A DNA stretch of 64,000 nucleotides from an uncultured Desulfurococcales archaeon (lineage in GTDB: Archaea > Thermoproteota > Thermoprotei_A > Sulfolobales > WANQ01). How positions within the stretch are numbered: the stretch's first letter is position 1; every line of letters begins with the position of its first letter. The stretch is taken from NCBI GenBank assembly GCA_964467535.1, contig CAYXRT010000009.1, forward strand, positions 63-64,062, given 5' to 3'. Below, piece after piece: positions 1-8,066 of the stretch. A program made the position numbers and the translations under genes. The notes under the pieces are model-generated. The model had not been told where the DNA came from, made no database searches, and worked only from the letters and a program-made list of their open reading frames with translations.

Positions 1-1
1 G

Positions 2-163
2 GATGTCGTTGGAGCTATGAATATTTGGCTGAGATTTATACATGCGTATGCGGGGGAGCATGGGTCTCCTCTAAGTGCTCCCACAATGAAGGATGAAACC
101 AGACAGAGCAGGAGAACCAAAAATGAGGGGATGAAGAAAGTAATCAAAAATATTCAAAAGTAA
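2..163 (+). CDS. 3' end of a gene running off the left window edge (53 codons, product unknown)
   Basis: Frame 2 is open from the window edge (DVVGAMNIWLRFIHAYAGEHG...KNIQK) to TAA 161-163. No start codon inside the window and no recognisable motif. Confidence 0.3.
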   Translation, partial: DVVGAMNIWLRFIHAYAGEHGSPLSAPTMKDETRQSRRTKNEGMKKVIKNIQK

Positions 164-202
164 TTAAAAGTAACATTCAGACCCGAACCCTGGTGTTAGG
201 TA

Positions 203-1549
203 ATGAGAAGGTTGTTTATACTTGGACTTGATAGTGCTCCTCCAAAGATAGTCTATGAAGGTTATGGTGTAGAACTAGAAGCTTTAAGGGAAGTTAGTGA
301 AGAAAGTGTGAGGTATATCTTAAGGAGCTGTCATCCACCAATAACTATACCTGCATGGATTGTTATGTTTACTGGTAAAACTCCAGGAGAACTTGGGATT
401 TATGGATTTCGTCATAGAAGACCTGGTGATGTTAGAGAAAGCTATATAGTAAACTCAACTCACATTAAGGCTCCAACGTTATGGGATATTTTAGGTAGAA
501 AAGGATGTCGTGTGGGAGTTATTGGGGTTCCTCCAACTTATCCTCCAAAACCTATTCATGGATTTCTAGTAACGGACTTTACTACGCCAGGGCCTCATAA
601 ACCATATACCTTTCCTCCATGGCTTAAGAAGGAGCTAGAGGAAAAATACGGACAATTCATATTTGATGTAGTTTATAGGAGCCATGAGAAGGATAAGGTC
701 GCAAAAGAAGTATTTCAAATGACAAAACAGCACCTACAGGTTGTAACTCATTTACTACTCAAAAAGAAATGGGATTTATTCATATATGTTGAAATAGGAG
801 TTGATAGGGTACAGCATGCATTCTGGAAGTATTTTGATAAACATCATCCGAGGCATGTAGAGCATCCTGTATATAGCAAGGTTATACCAGAATACTATAA
901 GATGATTGATAGCTGGTTTAAGGAAATAAGGAAAATCTTACCTAAGGACACTATAATAGTAGTAACATCAGATCATGGTGCAAAGGCTATGAAGGGAGCA
1001 TTTGTAGTAAATCAATGGCTGCAAGAACAAGGATACTTAAAGCTAAAGGAAATGCCGAAGAAGCCTGGACAGGATTTAAATAAAGATATGATTGATTGGC
1101 AACATACTATTGCTTGGGGTTGGGGAGGGTATTATGCAAGAATATTCATTAACTTAGAAGGTAGAGAGCCTAAAGGAATAGTAAAGAAGAAATACTATGA
1201 AGGGACAATAAGGCAGCTTAAAAAGGATATAGGTAAAATAAGGGGGCCGAACAATGAGCAATGGCAAAATAAAGTCTATACACCATATGAACTATATCCT
1301 CACGTAAAGGGTGATGCTCCAGATCTTATAGTATATTTTGATGATCTTAATTGGAGATCGGCAGGAACATTAGGATGGAATACAATATACTTGCCGGAGA
1401 ATGATCGTGGTCCTGACGATGCTGTTCATGACTGGAACGGAGTACTAGCAATTTATGACCCGGAAGGGACGTTAAGCAAAGGAGATAAGGGGACAATAGA
1501 TATAAATGAAGTATTTGATCTATTACTAGAATTAGTTGCTAAGCATTGA
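203..1549 (+). CDS. Alkaline-phosphatase-superfamily phosphodiesterase / nucleotide pyrophosphatase-like protein
   Basis: 448-aa ORF. GLDSAPP near the N-terminus, HPPITIPAWIVMFTG (nucleophile Thr region) and VVTSDHG are typical of type I phosphodiesterase/NPP-like AlkP-fold enzymes. Confidence 0.75.
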   Translation: MRRLFILGLDSAPPKIVYEGYGVELEALREVSEESVRYILRSCHPPITIPAWIVMFTGKTPGELGIYGFRHRRPGDVRESYIVNSTHIKAPTLWDILGRKGCRVGVIGVPPTYPPKPIHGFLVTDFTTPGPHKPYTFPPWLKKELEEKYGQFIFDVVYRSHEKDKVAKEVFQMTKQHLQVVTHLLLKKKWDLFIYVEIGVDRVQHAFWKYFDKHHPRHVEHPVYSKVIPEYYKMIDSWFKEIRKILPKDTIIVVTSDHGAKAMKGAFVVNQWLQEQGYLKLKEMPKKPGQDLNKDMIDWQHTIAWGWGGYYARIFINLEGREPKGIVKKKYYEGTIRQLKKDIGKIRGPNNEQWQNKVYTPYELYPHVKGDAPDLIVYFDDLNWRSAGTLGWNTIYLPENDRGPDDAVHDWNGVLAIYDPEGTLSKGDKGTIDINEVFDLLLELVAKH

Positions 1550-1616
1550 ATCACGTGCCATCGTAGATGTAACATTAATTATAGAGTGTTTATTTTAGTT
1601 ATATCAGGGTCCCTCA

Positions 1617-2594
1617 TTGAGGACTTTGGTTACTGGTGGCTGCGGTTTTATAGGCAGTCACTTAGTAGATAAATTAGCCAATTTAGGTTATGAAGTTATA
1701 GTTATCGATAACTTAAGTTCAGGTAGCTTAGATAATGTTAGAACACATTTAGGGAAATCTTATTTTGAGTTCATTAAAGCCGACTTAAAGGTATTTGATG
1801 CTGATTGGGTTAAATCATTTAGTAATATTGATGTTGTTTTTCATTTTGCAGCTAATCCCGAGGTTCGTATATCTGTAACTGACCCCCGTACTCACTTTGA
1901 AGAAAACGTTCTCGTAACATTTAATGTTCTTGAGGCGTGTCGTAAATATGATATTCCATACATTGTCTTTGCAAGTTCTAGTACTGTTTATGGGGACGCA
2001 AAGATCATTCCCACGCCGGAAAGCTACCATCCGCTAGAACCCGTTTCAATTTATGGTGCATGTAAGCTTGCTTGTGAAAATATTATGATTACCTATTCAA
2101 AGCTATATGGAATTAAAAGCCTGATATTAAGATACGCTAATATAATTGGACCGAGAAGTAATCATGGGGTTATAATAGATTTTATTAATAAGCTTAAAAG
2201 GAATCCTAGAGAACTTGAAATCCTTGGCGACGGTACTCAGAGGAAGAGTTACTTACATGTCTTCGACTGTGTTGACGCCACCCTTCATGTACTCGAAGCA
2301 TTCATGAGAAGTAATAAGAAGTATGATGTTTATAATATTGGAAGCGATGATTGGATTACTGTGATTGAAATAGCTGATATAATTACTAAAGAGCTAGGAC
2401 TGAGAGATGTTAAATACATATTTAAGCCGGGTACGCCTGATGGGCGAGGTTGGCCTGGTGATGTAAAGTTTATGTTATTAGATGTTTCTAAACTCAAAAG
2501 CACAGGTTGGAGACCTAGATGGAATTCCAGGGAAGCCGTAATAAAAACGGTCCGTCAGCTTCTTGGAAAAGAAATTCATGAATATTATGCATAA
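1617..2594 (+). CDS. NAD-dependent epimerase/dehydratase (UDP-sugar 4-epimerase-like, extended SDR)
   Basis: TTG start. Rossmann motif VTGGCGFIGSHL at the N-terminus, catalytic YxxxK as YGACK; 325 aa is typical for the family. Confidence 0.85.
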   Translation: MRTLVTGGCGFIGSHLVDKLANLGYEVIVIDNLSSGSLDNVRTHLGKSYFEFIKADLKVFDADWVKSFSNIDVVFHFAANPEVRISVTDPRTHFEENVLVTFNVLEACRKYDIPYIVFASSSTVYGDAKIIPTPESYHPLEPVSIYGACKLACENIMITYSKLYGIKSLILRYANIIGPRSNHGVIIDFINKLKRNPRELEILGDGTQRKSYLHVFDCVDATLHVLEAFMRSNKKYDVYNIGSDDWITVIEIADIITKELGLRDVKYIFKPGTPDGRGWPGDVKFMLLDVSKLKSTGWRPRWNSREAVIKTVRQLLGKEIHEYYA

Positions 2595-2809
2595 AAGTTA
2601 AGCTGCCCATATCAATAGGCCTAGTATTAAGTCATATCCCGACAAGAACTTAATTGATGCATCTCAAGAACGTTGCAAGCCCTAAATTATTGTCTTTCCT
2701 AGTTAATGAAAACGAAATACTTCTTGTAAGAAGGCTTACCTAAAGAATGTAAGGAATTCATGATAATATGATTACTTAAATACATAAGGGGTTGATAATA
2801 ATTGCATGA

Positions 2810-3118
2810 TTACTTCTTTATGGCTATGAATAATGCTTTTAGTGGTTTTATGTTTTGCATTAAGTGTATAATCACTAATACGGTTGTTATCATTGCCGAT
2901 ATTAGGTGTATTTGCTTCCATTCGTCACGTTTTAATCCTAATATTATTTTTCCTTCCTTCCCCTTTTCCTTCTTATCTTCTTCCCAAGATTCGTATTCTT
3001 TGAAGAAGAGCTTTGTTATATCTTTATATCCTAGTATTATTCCTGATATCAAAGTTATAGTACCTGTTATACTTAGTAATATTATGATCAATAGTAGAGC
3101 TATACATGTCTTATTCAT
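2810..3118 (-). CDS. Small membrane protein (two hydrophobic helices flanking a charged loop; DUF4405-like His pattern)
   Basis: 102-aa ORF with an N-terminal TM helix (CIALLLIIILLSITGTITLISGIILG), a KE-rich loop and a second helix with HLISAMITTVLVIIHL. Preferred over the fully overlapping + strand ORF 2802-3146, which is low-complexity. Confidence 0.45.
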   Translation of the reverse strand: MNKTCIALLLIIILLSITGTITLISGIILGYKDITKLFFKEYESWEEDKKEKGKEGKIILGLKRDEWKQIHLISAMITTVLVIIHLMQNIKPLKALFIAIKK

Positions 3119-3230
3119 TTTATCTCCTATTTACAATGTGTTTTAGAATATACTATTAAGCTGTAGCCTACGAGCTTTGCCTTTATCGTTTGAAGACATC
3201 GACTACGGTGAAATGGTAATTATGGATTGT

Positions 3231-3297
3231 TCCGGCGCGCAGCCGAGGCTCATCCGACGCCGAGACCAGCGGCGCTGTTACCCCGGCGAGGAGGTGC
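3231..3297. other. Isolated GC-rich island in AT-rich intergenic DNA (candidate structured or guide-like ncRNA, or relic; class undetermined)
   Basis: tccggcgcgcagccgaggctcatccgacgccgagaccagcggcgctgttaccccggcgaggaggtgc has 50 of 67 nt as G/C by my count, against an AT-rich background. It lies between two minus-strand genes. I could not fold a long hairpin or find tRNA or C/D features. Confidence 0.3.
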
Positions 3298-3348
3298 TAA
3301 TTGATTACTTTCCTCGATTCAGAATATAGACTTTTCTACAGAACTGTA

Positions 3349-3660
3349 TCATTTTAGCTCTTCCCTAATTAGTTTAAATACTACAGTTCCTCCTTGGGTA
3401 TAAGGAGATCCGGGATCAGGACATTGAATGTATCCTTCATTATCCTCTTTCCCTATTCCAAGACTTCTTGCAGATACCCCCTTGATAAAGGGCATTATTA
3501 GAGTTAGCATTGAGTTAAGTGCATGTAAGCTTATCTTTATTCTCTTATCACTCTTTATATAGAACCTCTCTATTATTGCAAACACATCACCTGATTTATA
3601 TCCTGCAGCGCAATATCCTTTAACCTCTTTAACAATGATATATACACGATAATTAACCAT
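3349..3660 (-). CDS. Small conserved protein, TIGR04076-like (putative redox/metal-binding)
   Basis: 103 aa. The pattern GYCAAGYKSGDVF...CPDPGSPYTQGGTVVFKLIRE resembles the TIGR04076 family as I recall it (Cys near the N-terminus, CPD...V.F.I.R at the C-terminus). Confidence 0.45.
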   Translation of the reverse strand: MVNYRVYIIVKEVKGYCAAGYKSGDVFAIIERFYIKSDKRIKISLHALNSMLTLIMPFIKGVSARSLGIGKEDNEGYIQCPDPGSPYTQGGTVVFKLIREELK

Positions 3661-3757
3661 AAACTTTCCACCGTTATCAAGTCTTATTATATACGTATAA
3701 ATTTATGATATTTTCACTAATCATAATAATTTGGTTATAGATGAGCAGGTGGCTTGA

Positions 3758-4861
3758 TTGAGGATTCTTAAAGATTTAGGTATTATTCTATTATGGTTTG
3801 ATAGTCTTGGAGCTAAATCTGCATCAATATACTTAGAAACTAGTATGGGAGGTCTAGTTATTGATCCAGGAGCTGCCTCTATGCAGCCTAGCTACCCATT
3901 ATCATCAGGTGAAAAGAGAAATCTTCGAAGAAAGGCCATTAATAAAATTGAGGAGTACTGTTGGAAGTCTAAAATTATGATAATAACACACTATCACTAT
4001 GATCATCATGTTCTCCCAAATGATATTGATCTAAGGAATCCCAAAGCTATGTATTTAAAAGGTAAACTACTTATTTTGAAGAATCCTAATATGTACATAA
4101 ATGAAAGCCAGTGGAACAGATCGAGACTATTTATATCTAAACTGATAAGTCTAGCTGGTGACAAAATCTCTAATTATATCGAAGAACCTGAAATGAAGGA
4201 TTTTACCGATCCTGTTCAAGAGCTTAATTATGCCCTGAAAAGAGACTTTGGTGACTATTCTTCTAGAAGAGCTGAACTCTTAGAGAAGGGTAAGAGGTGG
4301 TTTAATAATCTCACTAGAAAATTATGGGGAACTAAACCATGGATTAAGGAGGGTATAGTCTTAAGTTATGGAACAAAGATTATATGGGGTGATGGTAAAA
4401 AGCTCGAACTTGGAGATACAACTATAAACATCTTTAATCCTTGGTTTCATGGAATAGAGTATGATAGAACAGGATGGGTAACGCCAATATTAATAATTAA
4501 GAACAATAGAAAAATATTCTATACAAGCGATCTTATGGGCCCCCAAATAGAGGATTATGCGTATAAAATAGCTGATATACGCCCAGATGCTATCATCGCT
4601 GATGGGCCTCCAACGTATTTATTCCCCTATATGCTCAATAGAATAAACTTAAATAGAGCTATTGAGAACATGATTTATATAATTGAAAGTGCTAAGCCTA
4701 AAATAGTAATATATGATCATCATTTACTAAGAGAGAAGAGGTGGAGGGAAAGAACAAGACCTGTTTTCGAAGCTGCTAAACGAATGGGCGTGAACATCAC
4801 TACTGCAGCTGAATATATGGGTTTACAACCACTAATCGACATAATATCAAAAGGTAATTAA
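3758..4861 (+). CDS. Metallo-beta-lactamase-fold hydrolase
   Basis: 367-aa ORF with TTG start. The HxHxDH metal motif is present as ITHYHYDHH. Confidence 0.7.
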   Translation: MRILKDLGIILLWFDSLGAKSASIYLETSMGGLVIDPGAASMQPSYPLSSGEKRNLRRKAINKIEEYCWKSKIMIITHYHYDHHVLPNDIDLRNPKAMYLKGKLLILKNPNMYINESQWNRSRLFISKLISLAGDKISNYIEEPEMKDFTDPVQELNYALKRDFGDYSSRRAELLEKGKRWFNNLTRKLWGTKPWIKEGIVLSYGTKIIWGDGKKLELGDTTINIFNPWFHGIEYDRTGWVTPILIIKNNRKIFYTSDLMGPQIEDYAYKIADIRPDAIIADGPPTYLFPYMLNRINLNRAIENMIYIIESAKPKIVIYDHHLLREKRWRERTRPVFEAAKRMGVNITTAAEYMGLQPLIDIISKGN

Positions 4862-5060
4862 TTATGTAATTATTTCATAATGTACGTATTGATGAAATCT
4901 ATTCTATGCGCATTATCAATGCTATGCAAAGTGAATAAAAATTAGAACCGCATCATTAGAACATGAGACCCTTAGTTCTAAGGAAGCAAGCTGAAATATT
5001 GAAAAATCTAATAACTTCTAGCTTTCATGTAGAGAGCTTACTGGTAGGAAGTTAGCAATA

Positions 5061-5534
5061 TTACCGAGGAGATACTATCCCTTTACAATTGTTTTCTGCC
5101 TTCTCAAACATTAGTAAGTAGTGTAAGAAACCTCCATATTCTTTGACTAACTTAAAGCCTGTCTTACTACACCAATTGATTACTGTCTTCCTTCTTGGAC
5201 GATTAGGATCTGGTGAAAACTCACGTACTGCAAGTAGACCTCTATCTTTCAATACTCTATTAGCTTCATTCAATGCTTTCTCTTTGTCGGGCAGTTCCCC
5301 GAATACAGCTAACATGAAAATTCTATCGAATACTCTATCTTTTAGTGGAAGGTTTAGAGCTGAGCCTACTATAGGTTCGACATTAATAATGCTCTCTTTT
5401 CTAAGCCTATTTCGAAGTCTTAAAACCATACTAGGCTGTATATCAATTGCAGCTACATAACCCTCTGTACTAGTATGCTTAGCAGCTTCGATAGTGAATG
5501 TGCCAGGACCTGGGCCTAATTCTAAGATAGACAT
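5061..5534 (-). CDS. Class I SAM-dependent methyltransferase (type 11/UbiE-like), apparently N-terminally truncated
   Basis: SAM motif I (ILELGPGPG) starts only 3 residues after the ATG; normally about 35-45 residues precede it. An in-frame TAG and an upstream ATG are described in the findings. Confidence 0.75.
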   Translation of the reverse strand: MSILELGPGPGTFTIEAAKHTSTEGYVAAIDIQPSMVLRLRNRLRKESIINVEPIVGSALNLPLKDRVFDRIFMLAVFGELPDKEKALNEANRVLKDRGLLAVREFSPDPNRPRRKTVINWCSKTGFKLVKEYGGFLHYLLMFEKAENNCKGIVSPR

Positions 5535-6185
5535 ATCTTTTTTATACCAATCCAGTCGACGACTTTTGAAGGGGATTGTATTCTCCTTCTAAAGGATTAT
5601 CGATAAAGCATCTGATAAATGCTGGTATAGGGAAGTTGACATAATGACGTAGTATCCTAAGAATAATCTCAACAAAAACAATCCATACGGTAAAAGCTAT
5701 GAAAAACCAAAAAGAGAGCCATTATTACATAGTTCAGATTTAAACCTCTGAAGTATTAGTGCTTGGTAGCTAACTTAAATTCTGTGATACGGATTCAATT
5801 CATCATTAATTAAAGATCAATATAGTAATGTATTAGTCGTTGTTTTATAATGGTTTTCTTCTAATTATATAACCATAACCTATGTAGTCCTTATACTCCT
5901 TTAAGATTCTCATATACTCAATTATCGTCCTACGCATATCTGGTTAATACTTATGTGTTTTTAACACAAACCTTGACTATTTAATCATATCCTCCCTATA
6001 GGATCCTAAAAATTATAAAAATAAATGCCCGGCGAATACCCCATTGTTAATAAAATCTAGCTTTTAGCTTCTTAGCTCATATAGTCACTAATAAAACAAT
6101 GAACATTAATGAAGCTGAGATTATAAATATATCATGCATTAATAAATACTAATTTGAAATCCTAAAGAGCTCTCCTCGTCACCGC

Positions 6186-6623
6186 TTAATCTTTAGGCAT
6201 CCCTATGTATCTCGGGGTTTTTTGTTTATACTCTAGGTACTTTTTTCCGAATATGCGTTCTAAATAAGGTTCCTCTAGCTTTACAATATAATAGTGACCG
6301 GAAATTATAGTTAATAATGTTATCAAGAGAGCGTATCCTGAAAGGCCGGCTAGTGCAATACCTATGTCTATAAGATACCATCCCAGGAACTGAGGATTTC
6401 TACTCCATTCGTAAATTCCTGCAGTTATGAGTTCCGATACATCCATCCCTATAATTTTACGTATGAACCAGAATTCGATCATGCCAGCTAACATAACGGT
6501 AATTCCTAGTATTGTTAAAGTTATCCCAACAACCTGCACAATAATTCCATCTAAGGGTAAGCGCCATATACCATAGATAGCTGAGAGGACTATTATAAAA
6601 ATATCTAGGGTGTCATCAATCAA
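6186..6623 (-). CDS. Isoprenylcysteine carboxyl / phospholipid methyltransferase family membrane protein
   Basis: Polytopic 145-aa ORF with the family signatures SRNPQFLGW and EEPYLERIFGKKYLEYKQKTPRYI. TTG start. Confidence 0.75.
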   Translation of the reverse strand: MIDDTLDIFIIVLSAIYGIWRLPLDGIIVQVVGITLTILGITVMLAGMIEFWFIRKIIGMDVSELITAGIYEWSRNPQFLGWYLIDIGIALAGLSGYALLITLLTIISGHYYIVKLEEPYLERIFGKKYLEYKQKTPRYIGMPKD

Positions 6624-6751
6624 CCAACCCTTTAAGTGAATGTTAGTACTAGTGAAACAATCTGTATAGTATTAAATATATTTTAAAGTTTAAATGACAC
6701 TATTAAATTATGAGGATAGTTTAAAGTGAGAACGCATAGGTTTAAGGGTAG

Positions 6752-6799
6752 AATTGGGCATATATACCCAATTAGAAGAAGGATTGGGCACATATATCC
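6752..6799 (+). promoter_or_regulatory. Duplicated ATTGGGCA(Y)ATATA motif; the first copy sits in a 7-bp inverted repeat. Candidate promoter/operator for the 6814 gene.
   Basis: AATTGGGcatatataCCCAATT at 6752-6773 and GGATTGGGCACATATATCC at 6781-6799. The second TATA-like core lies about 20-25 nt upstream of the GTG/ATG at 6814/6817. Confidence 0.35.
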
Positions 6800-6813
6800 T
6801 CTGCGAAGATTAG

Positions 6814-7248
6814 GTGATGTCAGTGGCTGTAAGGGTAAAGCTAAGAATAAGATCATTAAAGTCAAATGAAGAAGTAATTACATCAGCTCTTGTAAACTCC
6901 GGGTTCGAGGCTGAAACCCCTCAACTGCTTATACCACGTAGACTTGCTGTAAAGTTGGGTCTTTGGCCTCCACCAGATGATGCTTACCTTATTGAAGTTG
7001 GAACAGCTGGTGGCCCTGTAAGAAATTACTTAGTACCTAATGCTGCAGAAGTAACCGTTGAAACTAGTGATAGAAGTGTTGGACCTATAAAATGCGATAT
7101 AATGATATCTAGCCTAGAATATGAGGTACTTATTAGTGATAAACTTGGCGGTGAACTAGGTATAGTAATACTCGATCTTAGAGGAAAATGGAGATTTTCG
7201 GATGAAGATAAGGTTAGAGAAACTGAAACACCTCAGTATTGGTTTTGA
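6814..7248 (+). CDS. Retropepsin-like (clan AA aspartic protease fold) protein with the catalytic D(T/S)G replaced by NSG
   Basis: 144 aa. The layout ALVNSGFEAETPQLLIPRRLAVKLGL...EVGTAGGPV...VLISDKLGGELGIVILDL matches single-domain retropepsin-like proteins, but the Asp position is Asn (codon AAC). Confidence 0.45.
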   Translation: MMSVAVRVKLRIRSLKSNEEVITSALVNSGFEAETPQLLIPRRLAVKLGLWPPPDDAYLIEVGTAGGPVRNYLVPNAAEVTVETSDRSVGPIKCDIMISSLEYEVLISDKLGGELGIVILDLRGKWRFSDEDKVRETETPQYWF

Positions 7249-7403
7249 TCTTAAGACCCGCTTTATATAAACTATTATCTCCAATTATTAGTATTCGAAG
7301 TGTTTAGAGAGCTCCTGTCAAACTAATTTCATTTACAATAACTAATACCTTAATAGCTTCTTAGTTAATGTAAAGTGCGGCATAACCAATAACGTTAAAT
7401 AAA

Positions 7404-8066
7404 GTGTTAATAATAATAAAAGTGGAGTTAGAGATGTTTTCAGGAAACTTAAGCTGCCCTTATCGGGAGCTCTGTAAGGTATCAGAATATTCAAACTGCC
7501 CTAAAAACATAAATAACTGCGGTCTATACATTTTTCTAAACATGATAAATTCTCAAAGTCAGAAGTTTTCTCAGAGCTCAACGGATCTTCTATTAATGAA
7601 CGAGCTCAGAGAAATATATGTAGAGGCATGGAATAAATATGCATCATCCAGAGCACGAGGAGGAGCAACAGGTAAAGCATTTCAGAACTGGATTGTTTCT
7701 AAACTTAGAACTTATGGCTTACATGTTAAAGAAAATCAGAGAGTTGTATTTGATTTCGGTGAATTTAAAGTTGATGCTGTCATACCATCACCTACAGACC
7801 CTGTAGTTATTCTCGAGATTAAGATATCTATAGATACACAACACCTATTGTCACTAGAGGGTTTAATGTATCATATGCTTAATCCTAAAACTAGGCTTGG
7901 ACTAGTAACACTCTATGAAATAAGATCTTCTGTTCATAGAAATTTAATTAATATTATAAAGAGAAGATTTTCGGAAAAATTTGAATATTTTCATCTTGAG
8001 AATGGTTGGGTTAATGAATTGGAAAGACTTGTAAGTTTTTGTAGAATTTACACTAAGTATTCTTGA
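7404..8066 (+). CDS. Hypothetical protein with N-terminal Cys cluster and PD-(D/E)xK nuclease-like core
   Basis: CPYRELCKVSEYSNCPKNINNCG at the N-terminus. FKVDAVIPSPTDPVVILEIKIS fits D...ExK of restriction-endonuclease-fold proteins. The start may instead be ATG 7434 (MFSGNLSC). Confidence 0.5.
   Translation: MLIIIKVELEMFSGNLSCPYRELCKVSEYSNCPKNINNCGLYIFLNMINSQSQKFSQSSTDLLLMNELREIYVEAWNKYASSRARGGATGKAFQNWIVSKLRTYGLHVKENQRVVFDFGEFKVDAVIPSPTDPVVILEIKISIDTQHLLSLEGLMYHMLNPKTRLGLVTLYEIRSSVHRNLINIIKRRFSEKFEYFHLENGWVNELERLVSFCRIYTKYS

Noticed and set aside
1815-2030. Antisense or alternate-frame ORFs nested inside well-supported genes. Examples: 1815-2030, 5143-5460, 9084-9281, 14252-14455, 15466-15774, 16618-17085, 17704-17961, 28394-28786, 30493-30837, 32168-32479, 37674-38018, 44829-45167, 47442-48155, 61483-61839, 62774-63511.
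   Set aside because: Each lies wholly within a longer ORF on the other strand or frame that has clear family motifs. Their translations are low-complexity (Ser/Leu/Ile-rich) with no motifs, as expected for shadow ORFs in AT-rich DNA.
2657-2743. 28-codon ORF (MHLKNVASPKLLSFLVNENEILLVRRLT) faintly reminiscent of a Nudix N-terminus.
   Set aside because: Far too short, it lacks the Nudix box, and the similarity is only a common beta-strand pattern.
2802-3146. 114-aa + strand ORF overlapping the 102-aa minus-strand membrane protein.
   Set aside because: Its sequence is Phe/Ser/Ile-rich with no coherent TM or charge pattern. The minus-strand ORF has a clean helix / charged loop / helix architecture.
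3231-3297. Testing the GC island as a tRNA, tRNA half, or H/ACA or C/D guide RNA. This included the minus-strand GCCGGGGUA start and the ACA following GCGCGCCGGA.
   Set aside because: No D-arm or T-arm pairing, no GTTCRANYC T-loop, no complementary 3' acceptor strand, no lower or upper stem flanking a pocket, and no RUGAUGA/CUGA boxes. It is kept only as an unexplained GC island.
3307-3315. GAGGAAAGU on the minus strand next to the GC island, identical to the start of the RNase P RNA CR-I motif (GAGGAAAGUCC).
   Set aside because: It is followed by AAUCAAUU instead of CCGGGC. Only ~70 nt of GC-rich sequence is present rather than the ~300 nt expected of a type A RNase P RNA, and a 9-mer match is plausible by chance in 128 kb of two-strand sequence.
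5735-5812. ATGATGA on the minus strand (5800-5806) with a CTGA about 70 nt downstream, a possible C/D sRNA.
   Set aside because: No C' box, no D' box at 12 nt, and the C-to-D distance is too long for the archaeal 12-nt guide geometry.
5845-5937. 30-codon minus-strand ORF (MRRTIIEYMRILKEYKDYIGYGYIIRRKPL) inside the gene desert.
   Set aside because: Too short, with no motif and no Shine-Dalgarno-like sequence. It may be a remnant of a decayed gene, but this cannot be supported.
6683-6865. 60-aa minus-strand ORF with an internal peptide repeat (GYMCPILLL / GYICPILPL).
   Set aside because: The repeat is simply the translation of the duplicated ATTGGGCAYATATA promoter-like element, and the ORF runs into the start of the 6814 gene.
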